NCBI RefSeq assembly: GCF_001194135.2
Contig: NC_069003.1
Span: forward strand, 1,708,985-1,756,584
Direction: 5' to 3'
DNA from: Octopus bimaculoides
Taxonomy: Eukaryota
DNA length: 47,600 nucleotides
Below, in pieces: positions 24,551 to 36,950 of this stretch. The stretch's first letter is position 1; each line of letters opens with the position of its first letter. Position numbers and translations under genes: made by a program. Below the pieces are notes generated by a model. It did not search any database and was not told the DNA's origin. It was given only the letters and a program-made list of their open reading frames with translations.

Positions 24551-25599
24551 TGTTTGTATGTATGAATTTGTTTATGTATATGTTTATATACACCTACATA
24601 CATACAAACATCTATATATGCATATATATATATATATGCATATATATATATATACTGATGGGTGAGACAGATAGTGACAGGGAAACTGAAAAGGATAGCT
24701 TTTATGATTCAATGAAATCAACGCAAAAAAAAAGACAAATATCAAACTTAATTTGTAAAATTATCGATAAATTATTTCTTATTAAGCCATATTATTCGAA
24801 ATGAATGAGACGTTCTCAATGCTATCGTTATATTAATGAGTTAAATATGTCTCTATCTAAACGCTGGTGTTGAATAAGCTCGGCAATGCTATCGATTTAT
24901 TGACTGAAATATAAAATAACATTCATTTCCTTTACAAAGGATCTGTGGGGAAGTTTTTAGATGAACAGATTCCACTCAGCATTATATACAAATGAAGAAA
25001 TTTCACGACCGGATGGATGAGAGATAAATACTAATCTAATAACAAATTAACACATGCATCAATTTATAAAGCAATCAAAATATATCTTTTATCATTTAAT
25101 AGTTTCGGTCATTAGACTGCGGCCATGCTGGGGCATAGCCTTCAAGAATACTTATTCCACTGTAGCGACATCAATACTTATTTTTCTTTTTAAACTTAAA
25201 AGTTATTATGTCGGTTTCCTTACCGAAGCGCTAAGTTATGGGGCTGTAAAACAGGAACACTGATGGTCAAGTGGTGGTTGGGAACATACATCAACTGACA
25301 CATTGACACACATTTTTCAACACACACACACACACACACACACACATGCATTTATATACACATAAAAACACACATATGTATACATATATACATAGACATA
25401 TATATATACACACACATACACACGCACACACATACGCACACAAATATATATATGTAGATATGATCAGGCAGGTTGAACTCACGCATTGTGACCAGCGATG
25501 TGTAGCAGCGTCTGGTAGCCGGGTGTGTCACGTAATCATGTTGCGTATATATATATATATATGTGTGTGTACATATATTATTCGTTTTCTTCTATTTTT

Positions 25600-25980
25600 T
25601 TCCTTGTTTCGGTCATTTAGATGCGTCCATACAAGAGCATCGCCTTTAGTCAAACACATCGACCCTAATCTTATTCTTTGTAAGCATAGTACTTATTTTA
25701 TCGTTCTCTTTGCCGAACCGTTAAGTTACATCGACGTAAACACACCAACATCGGTTGTCAAATGATGGTGGTGGACAAAAACAGACACTCAAATACATAC
25801 CTACATGCATAAATATACATATATATACAACGAGCTTCTTTCAGTTTCTGTCTACCGAATCCACTCACAGGTTTTGGCTGGCCCGAGGCTATAGTAGAAG
25901 ACACTTGTCCAAGGCGCCACTCAGTGGGAATGAAACCAGAACCATGTGGTTGGTAAGCAAGCTACTTACCACACAGCCAC

Positions 25981-25982
<2 letters not shown>
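25600..25982 (-). mobile_element. Near full-length tRNA-derived SINE (family C)
   Basis: Reverse complement reads gtggctgtgtggtaagtagcttgcttaccaaccacatggttctggtttcattcccactgagtggcgccttggacaagtgtcttctactatagcctcgggcc..., then a CA-rich linker and the 3' part shared with 13545 and 26660. Confidence 0.85.
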
Positions 25983-26029
<47 letters not shown>

Positions 26030-26659
26030 TGGGAGACACGGAAGATGAGAGATAGACGCAAATAGATAGGGACAGATAGACAGATATATAGACGAATACC
26101 TAGAGAGATTGATTACAAAATTACTTAAAATTGCAATCCCTCTTGTTTATGAAATCTGAGAAATGACATTTCTTACGTCCACTTATCTATATTGGATAAT
26201 CAATATTTTCTCCTTGACCTTTCACCTTCAATCGCTGGTTGCCTCACATTTATTCGATATTCTTCACGCATTTTCGGAGGGTCAAATCATTAATAAGTAG
26301 GGGTGAATCACAGCATGTGTAAATCTGATGTTGATCCTTCCTTGAAGACTCTCATCAACAACACTCGTAAAGCAGAATATAGCAGAATTTATCAACCTGC
26401 AGCTTCTGACAGTCGTATCGCGAAGAAATGAATGAAGAATATGATACATGAAGACAATGAGGCAGGAAATGATAGGAAGTACAATGCATGGAATTGCAAA
26501 ATTATCTCATAAAAGGTGAAAGAATTGCGGCAGTGTATTTTGGTTTTAGTTCGTTTGGAACCGAGTGTGATCATATTTTGTATTTCTTTAATGAAATAAT
26601 AAGTCTATTGAGGCATTTGTGGTATCTTGAAGGATAAGTTCTTTGTTCGAGTACAGTAA

Positions 26660-26759
26660 ACATTACAAAGAATAAGTAATGGGGTCGATTTGTTCGACTA
26701 GAAGCGGTGCTCTACCATGGTCGCAGTCAAGTGACTGTATCAAGTAAAAGAACAAAAGA

Positions 26760-26760
<1 letters not shown>
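26660..26760 (+). mobile_element. SINE 3' end (family C)
   Basis: ttacaaagaataagt...ggggtcgatttgttcgactagaagcggtgctctaccatggtcgcagtcaagtgactg...aaagaa, ending at a (TA)n tract. Confidence 0.8.
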
Positions 26761-26827
<67 letters not shown>

Positions 26828-27267
26828 ATATATATACATATACATATANNNNNNNNNNNNNNNNNNNNNNNNNNNNNNNNNNNNNNNNNNNNNNNNNNNN
26901 NNNNNNNNNNNNNNNNNNNNNNNNNNNNNNNNNNNNNNNNNNNNNNNNNNNNNNNNNNNNNNNNNNNNNNNNNNNNNNNNNNNNNNNNNNNNNNNNNNNN
27001 NNNNNNNNNNNNNNNNNNNNNNNNNNNNNNNNNNNNNNNNNNNNNNNNNNNNNNNNNNNNNNNNNNNNNNNNNNNNNNNNNNNNNNNNNNNNNNNNNNNN
27101 NNNNNNNNNNNNNNNNNNNNNNNNNNNNNNNNNNNNNNNNNNNNNNNNNNNNNNNNNNNNNNNNNNNNNNNNNNNNNNNNNNNNNNNNNNNNNNNNNNNN
27201 NNNNNNNNNNNNNNNNNNNNNNNNNNNNNNNNNNNNNNNNNNNNNNNNNNNNNNNNNNNNNNNNNNN

Positions 27268-27322
<55 letters not shown>

Positions 27323-28091
27323 CATAGACACACACACAGACATGTGAGTGTCTATAATTTACAACATATACATACGTAAGTATATGCTTAAAAACATGTA
27401 TGTTTAAGAGTTCGAATTTGCACAAAAACAAATATGTATACGTAGATACACATATATCAGCGTGCTTGTAAACAAGTTAATTCAATAATGTAAAGGTTAA
27501 ATTTTCTATCTCTTGCGAACGCAAAGTAACAGATTTAAACAAGCCTAACCTTTACAAAGTGTAAATTTTATGCTCGGTGTCGTCTAATAGTTTGCCTAAC
27601 TGAATGATACGCATCTGTTTGTGTTTATCATAAAGCAATGTTGCATTATGAGTTAAGCTATGCGTGCTAAATGTTCATTCCTAATGCGTTTCTAAGTATG
27701 TATGTATGAGTTTATACACCCACTAACACAAACATACACATGCATATATATACATGTGTGAATATGCATATGTATATATACTCATGCATATATATGTAGG
27801 CGTATGTACATGTATAAATGTTTTAAGCGAAGCCTTTTCGGGCATTACTACTGAAAATATTGGTGTTGCAGTACGCAAGTGCATTAGTCATCATTTACAA
27901 TAATAGATGCATTTGCATATGCATACACACGCATACACAAACACACACATAGAAACATAGATACGCAAGATCTCTATGAGCTTGTAACGTGAGAGAAGAG
28001 CATACACATAATTGTGTATTGCATCTCTTGACAGAAACGGCTGTAAGCTGATAAACATCATCAACGAGTTTCTTATTTCTAACTGATTCTA

Positions 28092-28135
<44 letters not shown>

Positions 28136-28293
28136 CAAATTACGATAAACGTAAACAAACAAACGGAGTTTGCTTTAGAATCGTTGAGATGCCTTAGAAA
28201 TTTAAAGAAGTGATTTTATATTCTCAAACGCGGGATAACGCTAATAATGCTAATAATATAGTTTGAACAGGATAAGCTACCTCTATTTTGTAG

Positions 28294-28501
28294 AAAAAAA
28301 GTGTTGGCGGCCAGCTATGTGACTCGAACTCACACCTCCGTGTTTACACGACACGGTACACACACGCCGGAATACACTGATGATTCCTATAGAAATCAAG
28401 CGTCCGAAGGCAAACGGTCTAAGACAATCTCCCAACGTACATTCAAGTATTTGAACTCACGTGGACAAGTTTCTGCATGGCAAAAAAAAAATCATATTTA
28501 A
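28294..28501 (+). CDS. Candidate terminal exon (phase 2), KKVLAASYVTRTHTSVFTRHGTHTPEYTDDSYRNQASEGKRSKTISQRTFKYLNSRGQVSAWQKKNHI*
   Basis: Acceptor ctacctctattttgtAG; 208-nt open, GC-richer unique sequence. Confidence 0.3.
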
Positions 28502-29040
28502 TTATCATGTCCCCTTGAAGTAAGATGTCAGACTTAAAAAAAATGAATTAATTTGTTCGACTAACCCTGTTAAGGTGGTGCCCCAGCATGGCCATAGTTA
28601 AATTACTTAAATAAGGAACTATAAACCAAACACAGGCTAAAGTTAAAGTGCAGCGCAGTGGTATCGAACCAGCACCCAAGAGGCTGCAAATCAAGCTTCT
28701 CACGTATACGACTATTCATGCTGATAAATTTATTTTCATATTCTAACCCTATAAAGTTGATCGTTTGAACAATTTTATTACTTTATCAATATGTGTTTGA
28801 TGTAGTGTTTACTGATCAAATTGAAAGAAAAGAAAAAAACATCAAAAACAAGAAATCTCATATTTTAAGTCATTTAGGGTACTTTTATATTTTTGCTATT
28901 TATTTCTTTAAGGTGACTGAAAATGTGTTTTACTGATAGAACTTAACGCTTTCAAACAACTGATTTATTTGTAAACTAGGAGTCAGTTGAAAGATGGATT
29001 ACTCTCGTCTTTTGAATTGCGTAGCTAGAGTTTTAATTTT

Positions 29041-29335
29041 AAGTTATTGGACGGATGAGTTTGATCTTCAGAATTATGCGGCATATAATAATTATTGTTA
29101 AGTTCTACAAGGGAAACTTTGAACTTTGAACATAGTATTACGAGGGATGTGAGAAATATTCAAAACTTACTGGAAGGGAAAAAAATTTTCATCTATCGAA
29201 TTATGAGGCAATTGAGAATTATTTTTAAAGTTATTGGAATGGAAATATTGAACTATCGAATTACAAAGCCGATGAAAAGTATTTTAACTTTATTGGATAG
29301 AGTACATTGAACTTTCGAATGTTCAAATCGCGATT
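29041..29335. repeat. Degenerate ~59-64-bp tandem repeat, 5 units (possible sixth unit at 28981-29040)
   Basis: Units begin aagttattgg/aagttctac/aacttactgg/aagttattgg/actttattgg; internal cgaat recurs at 29197, 29257 and 29316. Confidence 0.8.
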
Positions 29336-29363
29336 TACTATCGATTAATAAACTTTGATCTTC

Positions 29364-29408
<45 letters not shown>

Positions 29409-29418
29409 NNNNNNNNNN

Positions 29419-29460
<42 letters not shown>

Positions 29461-30237
29461 ACATATATTAGGTGTGTGTATATGTACGTATGTGTATGCA
29501 TATGCGCATATATATATATATATACACATACATACATTTTGCTGGTGTAGAGCTGTTATAGAGGACCCAATATACAGGTGCTTCAGAAAAAATGCGCTAG
29601 TCGAGTAAAGAGCGTAATCAGGTATAATATAATTGACAAAGAAACAAGAACGTATATAATGAACTTCATTAACTAACTGCTGTTTCGGCTATACTTTGGT
29701 ATACGCTCTTACTTCAATGCTTTTATATCACCTTATAATTTCTTCGTCGGAGCTTCATAAATATGTGTGTCTGTGCGTGCTCCATCGTAACCTTACGTGC
29801 GCGTGTGTGTGTTTGTCGATAAATTAAATACCAGCTGCGTACTGGTGTCGATCTAAACCACTGGTTTCCTACCATCAAATTTCAGGCCTTAAGTTTATTC
29901 TACAGAGGGTCTTAATAGTATGCAAAGACAAAAATAAACTGCACAGTAATAGCACTATCGTCTTCTTCACTTCGATGTTGGTTCCCATATAAAATTTCCA
30001 GCTACCCCCGAAGGTAAAATAATATATACTTGAAAAGCAATTGCATAAACATTACAACTGAAATTTGAATATTTCAGTAATAGATTCGAACCCTGGTCTC
30101 CTGTTGTATATTCGTGTTTCAAAACGTTCATTTTCTTTATTTAAAGTAGTTAAATATATTTTTTCATTCCATCAATTTTTGTGGAACCCTATTCAACTCT
30201 TACCATTTTAATGGTCCTAAATTTAAAAATTACAGTA

Positions 30238-30410
30238 TAGGCGCAGCTGTTCCTGTGTCGTAAGAAGCTTGATTTTCAACCGTATTGATGCGGGTTCAGT
30301 TTCACTGCGTGCTAAATTGGGAAAGCTTTTTTTTTTTTACTATAACCACGGCCAAACGAAGCCTTATAAGTGAATTGGCTAGACGAAAACTGAGACAAGA
30401 GCCCATAGTA
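30238..30410 (+). mobile_element. Degenerate SINE 5' part (family C)
   Basis: ataggcgcagctgttcctgtgtcgtaagaagcttg...gggttcagtttcactgcgtg...tactataacc...agacgaaaactgag. Confidence 0.65.
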
Positions 30411-31451
30411 TATATATATATATNNNNNNNNNNNNNNNNNNNNNNNNNNNNNNNNNNNNNNNNNNNNNNNNNNNNNNNNNNNNNNNNNNNNNNNNNNNNN
30501 NNNNNNNNNNNNNNNNNNNNNNNNNNNNNNNNNNNNNNNNNNNNNNTATATATATAATAATAATAATAATAATAATTTTAGGGATAAAAATCCAAAATTA
30601 CAGGTAAAAACGCAATTAAAATCACTTTATAAAAATTAAAATTAAATGAAGTTTCACAGTATTAAATATATATATAAATATATACACACAATTTATTTAT
30701 TTGCGTGCAGGCATATATGTATGGGTCTATATGACTATCTATGTTTATTTCCCACCACTGCTTGACTGGCTTCTTGAATTTCACAGCATTTACTAGAATG
30801 TAATAGGACGTAGACTATAGCTGGTGACGTTTCCCCAATCTGCGTTTGATCTTAAGCCAGCCCGTTGGAAAGCAGATTTCTTTCCACATATATGAATGTT
30901 AAGTTAGACATGGGCTTGGTCAATCCTTGCTCGAAGCACATCTAAGTTATGTAAGTTATCTATCTATTTACCCTATCTATCTATCTGTCTGTTTATCTAT
31001 TTATCTATCTATACATACAACGCACAGAGGCACACGCACACACACACACATATATATACATACATACATGTATGTATGTACACGTATACACTTATACATA
31101 CACACATACACACACACACGAAGCGTCTGTCATCATATAGGAAGCGATGTTGAGGATAGAATGTGTCGTAGAATATAATATTTATTTAAACTTAGTTCTA
31201 TTTCGCACGAAACACGTTTCGCGCCACTGCGATTTTCAGGTGATGATATGTCTAGCTAAACGAATGGATAGAAAATGTGTTAGATAAACAGACACACATG
31301 TATTCGTAGAAGAATAACATGAGAGATAAATGGAAATGTGAGAATAAGACTTGTAGATGTAAATTATATTCGCTAAACAAATGAAATTACATAAAGGTAG
31401 ACTACAAACCACTCAGCTATAGGTTTCAATGCCTACATAAATATACCCGTG

Positions 31452-31502
<51 letters not shown>

Positions 31503-31707
31503 NNNNNNNNNNNNNNNNNNNNNNNNNNNNNNNNNNNNNNNNNNNNNNNNNNNNNNNNNNNNNNNNNNNNNNNNNNNNNNNNNNNNNNNNNNNNNNNNNN
31601 NNNNNNNNNNNNNNNNNNNNNNNNNNNNNNNNNNNNNNNNNNNNNNNNNNNNNNNNNNNNNNNNNNNNNNNNNNNNNNNNNNNNNNNNNNNNNNNNNNNN
31701 NNNNNNN

Positions 31708-31756
<49 letters not shown>

Positions 31757-31995
31757 ATACATCTATGTTTATCTGTGTGTGTATAATGTGTGTCGGTATA
31801 CATAAGTATATATATGGGAATATGATTTGTAAACCATCTCTAAGACACCCTCAATGCAAATTAAAACATTTATTCAATAGTTTCTAAAGAATCTTTGATA
31901 ATGAATATCCTTATTACTATACATGTCACATCTTGCACTTTCCGTTTATCCTTTTTGCAGAACAAACTTATAACGTATCCCCTACACGATTTTAC

Positions 31996-32161
31996 CGTAT
32001 CATTATATTTGAGCTAGAGAAGGAAGCCCATATTTTAGTATTTTCAGCATTATAATATCCAAAATGTCCAGTATTTTTAAAGATGACGATAGGGTTCCCT
32101 GCTGAAAGAAAGCTACCTACTATTTCTGACGGTTTCATCAAAAGAATAGCAGCTTCTCTCG
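31996..32161 (-). CDS. Candidate minus-strand exon (phase 1->2), REAAILLMKPSEIVGSFLSAGNPIVIFKNTGHFGYYNAENTKIWASFSSSNIMI
   Basis: Minus-strand acceptor ctaatgataataattttcaacccAG, donor ACG|GTAAAA; 166 nt open. No family recognised. Confidence 0.35.
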
Positions 32162-32689
32162 CTGGGTTGAAAATTATTATCATTAGTGAAATAGTAAACA
32201 GACGATTTCTTTCTTTTTTTTTTTTCACAAATCTCTGATCTCCCAGACAGGAGGAAAATATAGTAATTCAAAAGATTGCTATTAAGATATCACTAATATT
32301 TGTTTTGTAAAAATACTAGAACAATACATTTCGTGCAAATTAGATTTTAACGGTAAATTGTGTTGGCTGTTTACAGAAAGTCTGAAATTGAAAAGATGGC
32401 GACCACCCAATGATGGGAAGACGTAACTGCAGACGACATTGAATAGTTTGGTGGTTGGTGAACGCCACGGAGTATGAAATAATAAAGAGAGTAATTATGG
32501 TGTATTTGGAAGAAGAATAAGGAAGAAAATTCAAATAATTGAAAGATATGATTGGGATGGGCGAAATAAATAATTATTTGTAATATTGGCACCAGACCAT
32601 ATATTCTTCTGCAAGGGCATTTCAGGTGAGGGCAGGTCCGTATTGTTATGGGTTCAGAGATTTGTCTGTGTGACACATTGCTGAAGTCT

Positions 32690-33025
32690 TCTAAGAAAAT
32701 ATAGATAAATACAACCCTCTTAAGTACGAAATAGTCCGGCTATGAAACATGAAGAAGGAGAAGATAGTGTCAGTTGTTGGGTCCTTGGGAACAGTACAAG
32801 AATGCATCAAGAGGAATATGAATGAAATTGGAAGAGAATGCCCAGTAGAACAATTACAAAAGGTTTGGCTCCTTGGTACGGCCAGAATAATCATAAAAGT
32901 ATTAGGTAATTGAAAAACGGGTAGCAAGGTACCGTAGGCTGCAGATTGCTAGGCATGCAAGACTCTAGGAGCCCCAACAAAACCTGTGATAAAGAGAAAT
33001 ATTAATACAGTTAATGGTAGTGGTA

Positions 33026-33060
<35 letters not shown>

Positions 33061-33066
33061 AATAAT
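32690..33066 (+). mobile_element. R4/Dong-type non-LTR retrotransposon 3' end (restriction-like endonuclease C-terminus, 3' UTR and (GAT/AAT)n tail)
   Basis: IDKYNPLKYEIVRL*NMKKEKIVSVVGSLGTV...LQKVWLLGTARIIIKVLGN* matches the RLE C-terminal motif KIxKYxxLxxEIxRxW...IGALGT...LQKxxLLGTARILRKVL. Confidence 0.85.
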
Positions 33067-33074
33067 CAACCTAG

Positions 33075-33452
33075 CAAGTTCGACATATCATTATGAATGA
33101 ACGAGAAAAATTGACAAATATGGAGAGCTGAGAAATGAGGTCTCTAAGATGTGGCATCTACGTGAATCGGACATGAAGGTTATCCCTATTGTCATCGGAG
33201 TGTTAGGTTCAATACCACCCAATTTGAAAATAAACATCTGAAAACCTTAGAGATACCCTACAATCTAGATGTATTGCAAAAGTCGGCATTACTTGGAACT
33301 GCACTCATATTGCGTAGAGTAGTCTGCCTGAGGGCCTCGCTGCGACTTGACATCCCGGTAGACACAATATCTTCAATCAACAACCTCACAATATTGTATA
33401 CTGTGTGCCGTCTATAATAATAGTAATGATGATGATGATGATGATGATGATA
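33075..33452 (+). mobile_element. Second R4/Dong-type 3' end (distinct subfamily)
   Basis: DKYGELRNEVSKMWHLRESDMKVIPIVIGVLGSIPPNL..HLKTLEIPYNLDVLQKSALLGTALILRRVV, followed by a taataatagtaat(gat)n tail. Confidence 0.85.
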
Positions 33453-33990
33453 AGAAGAAGAAAAACAAAAATATCGTTATCATCATCCTCATCATGATAA
33501 TCCTCGTCATCATCATCGTCGTCAATATCTTGATTATCACCAGTATTATCGAATTTGGGAAACGTGTAGTCAGGTGTCTGTGAGTTCGCACGTACTTTGT
33601 AACTTATCCTAAGATGGACACTATCCTGATTAGCTCCACTGGGTACACTTAAATAATATAGCGTAAAAGGTTTTCTAATTAGATAATTTCTACAGCTTCG
33701 TATCTAAAGCACTTAATTGTAATTTAGAACTCAATTAAGTAAATATTTGATGTAATTACTGTAGCATTGTAATGTCAGATAATTTTCTGATTTCCATAGA
33801 GTGGTAGTTTTTACAAAGTCATCTCCGATCGATTTGTTTAAGAAGAAAACAATGAAGAAATCTATTCAAGACGAGGCAGAATATGAGACAAAAACAGTGG
33901 TACTTTATGTGATGTTAAGACGTCTTGAAAATATTCTTCATATTTATTTGTATATTTATTCAATACGTTTCTCCCACTAATAACGAACCG

Positions 33991-34030
<40 letters not shown>

Positions 34031-34129
34031 TTATTATAATGTTAGGGAATTACAAGGAAATACAATTTGAATTGCAGGCACAACAGAAACAAGAAGTAAG
34101 AGTGAGAGAAAGTTGTGGTGAAAGAGTAC

Positions 34130-34283
34130 AGCAGGGTTCGCCACCATCCCCTGCGGGAGCCTCGTGGAGCTTTTTATGTGTTTTCGCTCAATAAACACTC
34201 ACAATGCCCGGTCTGGGAATCGAAACCGCGATACTATGACCACGAGTCCACTGCCCTAACCACTGGGCCATTGCGCCTCCACT
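34130..34283 (-). mobile_element. tRNA-derived SINE with well-preserved pol III head
   Basis: Reverse complement agtggaggcgcaaTGGCCCAGTGGttagggcagtggactcgtggtcatagtatcgcGGTTTCGATTCCcagaccggg shows A-box and B-box; no CCA end or complete cloverleaf. Confidence 0.8.
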
Positions 34284-34328
34284 GAGTTGTATATTGAAAA
34301 ATATTTTAATAATTTACAGAAGAACCAC

Positions 34329-34597
34329 CATGGTGCAACTCACACGAAGAAGGAGATCAGACACCATCAAGAAAAGTGTCCTATACAAAACTAGTTTAAA
34401 AATCTAAAAAATCCAAGGAAGAATTTATAATACATAAACATCTGTCTTTCGTAACTGATTTTAATTCTTAGTCCAATATTTCATAGTTTTTGTACCTATT
34501 ATAAATTCTCCCTTGGATTTTTTAGATTTTTAAACTAGTTTTGTATAGTACACTTTTCTTGATGGCGTCTGATATTTTTCGTGCGAGTTTCACCATG
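34329..34597. mobile_element. Foldback/MITE-like element with ~100-bp inverted arms and a 64-bp spacer
   Basis: 34329-34432 is the reverse complement of 34497-34597, including a 38-bp perfect stretch (34381-34418 / 34511-34548). Confidence 0.9.
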
Positions 34598-35431
34598 ATA
34601 CGAACTCATACAAATACATACAGCCATATGTGATGCGCGCGTAACTCCGTGTGCGTGAGCAAAACAGTGTATGTTGGTTTATCTGGTAGTGCCAGAATTG
34701 TTTCATTTTGTTCTAGGAGTTTTTATATTCAAATGATCATAATAAAATGAATGAGATTGCGTAATTCGTCCTATAAACTCCCTCCTCAAGTCTTTGATGG
34801 GACCGAACCTGAGATCATGTGATTCTGAATCAAACGTATTACTACACAGCCACACCAGCAAATGCTTTGTGCGTTTCTGTATACGTGTGCATACGTAGAG
34901 AAATTTACGCCGGGATAAACTCGGAAAAATAAAGCTTCTTGAAGTGAATTCTTTGAAACAATGTATAATGAAATCAATTCGTGAAAACATTACAAAAATA
35001 AGAGCCAGATTCCGTACTACGATAAGGAAATGCAATCGGATCCATATTTTATTGACGTCAACTTCTAACATATCACATTGTCATTTTAATCTATCAACTT
35101 CGTATATATTTCTTATACTTGGAAATGGTAATCACATTTCCTGACATATGAGATAGTATTAGTAGTAGTAGTAGTAATATTAGTAGTAGTAGTAGTGGTG
35201 GTGGTGGTGGTGGTTTTTCTTTTGTTTTTAATTTTTGATAGCAGATGCTATTTCAATGGTCGTAGATTGTTTCGAAAAAATGATGATTTCTGCAGTTTTG
35301 GTGGCAGTAACACTATTGTTCGTAATGGCAACAGTGACGGTGACTGCTGTCCTTGACCGGCTGATTACTTGTCACAGCCTCGTTCTGGGAGAAGTTTGAT
35401 TACTTTAAGACCATCTCATCAACCGGAAGAT

Positions 35432-35463
<32 letters not shown>

Positions 35464-35776
35464 NNNNNNNNNNNNNNNNNNNNNNNNNNNNNNNNNNNNN
35501 NNNNNNNNNNNNNNNNNNNNNNNNNNNNNNNNNNNNNNNNNNNNNNNNNNNNNNNNNNNNNNNNNNNNNNNNNNNNNNNNNNNNNNNNNNNNNNNNNNNN
35601 NNNNNNNNNNNNNNNNNNNNNNNNNNNNNNNNNNNNNNNNNNNNNNNNNNNNNNNNNNNNNNNNNNNNNNNNNNNNNNAGCGCTAATAAAAGATTATCCT
35701 AAATTCTGACTGCCTCCTTTTTCTCAATGTACAATATCTGCAAACCACTTCAAACATTCTATACATAAGTGTATGC

Positions 35777-35823
<47 letters not shown>

Positions 35824-36047
35824 ATAATATATATTATTTATTTATAGATACATGTATATAGATATGTATGAATATATATATAGATGAGTGTGTGTGGACA
35901 CATACACACACATACACTCACACGCACGCAGACACAGATACATGCATGCACACATGCACACAAGGATGCACATATACACACATACATATATATGCTTGTG
36001 TTATGTAGCTAAATTTGCCGACTTCTGCATATATACATGCTTGCACA

Positions 36048-36099
<52 letters not shown>

Positions 36100-36194
36100 T
36101 CTATGTGTGTGCGTGTCCATGTGAGTTTGTGCATGTGTATGTATGTGTGTTTGTCGATGGGTGTGTCTATCTTTATGTCAAAGTACTTTTATGT

Positions 36195-36460
36195 AACGCA
36201 GCAGAATGTGAAGTAGATGTCGTTAGTTATATTTTGTTTCTTTTTTTCTATTATTTTTATCATTGCGCATGCGTAAGAATTCGTGTGAGATTGTCAGTCA
36301 GTGAGTGAATATATGCGAAAGCGTGCTATTCGAGAGAGTCGAAGAGTGGCGGTGGTGCGGTTAGAGATATTCATTTCAATAAGTATGACGTAAGATGACT
36401 CCATCCTCTCATCGGCCTTTCATCTACTGACCGTATTATGGCAATAGATAAACGTATAGA
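36195..36460 (+). repeat. Duplicated block, copy 1 (paralog at ~41563-41810)
   Basis: Shared aacgcagca.aatgt...agatgt, cagt.agtga.tgaat, attcatttcaata...gtaagatgact and an identical 21-mer catcggcctttcatctactga (36410-36430 = 41760-41780). Confidence 0.85.
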
Positions 36461-36902
36461 GATTTTATCAACGCGCTCTCTCTTTCACTATATTTCTCTA
36501 TATAACATTTCACTCTGCCTTTCACTCCATCTCACTCTCTCTTTCTCACTCTCTCCATTTCTCTCTCTCTCTCTCTCTCTCTCGGCTTTTGTCTTTCTCT
36601 GCCTTTCACTCTCTATGGCGTATTGGAATATGAATTCAACAAAGATTTATGATATTGGACTGTGTGAAGTTTTATTGATGACGCTGCTATTAATAAGGAT
36701 GCTGGCGGTGCTGACGTTGTTCTTTCATGTGTGTGTGTATATGTGCGCCCGTGTGTGTGTTTGTGTGTGTGTGTATGTGTGTGCGTGCGTGCGTGTATGT
36801 AAAGTGACAGAGATAGATAAACAGCTATACAGATGCATATAGATATATAGATAAACATATTCACACATGGATATATATATGAACGCACATACACACACAC
36901 AT

Positions 36903-36950
<48 letters not shown>

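Noticed and set aside
27491-27559. Possible hairpin gtaaaggtta...taacctttac (miRNA-like)
   Set aside because: Internal pairing is poor, with large bulges; not a convincing pre-miRNA.
29041-29335. CRISPR-like repeat-spacer array
   Set aside because: Eukaryotic context, no identical repeats with unique spacers, and no cas genes.
34210-34283. tRNA-like sequence with A and B boxes (also 43184-43250)
   Set aside because: No full cloverleaf or acceptor stem, and it continues into a SINE body; called as a SINE head, not a tRNA gene.
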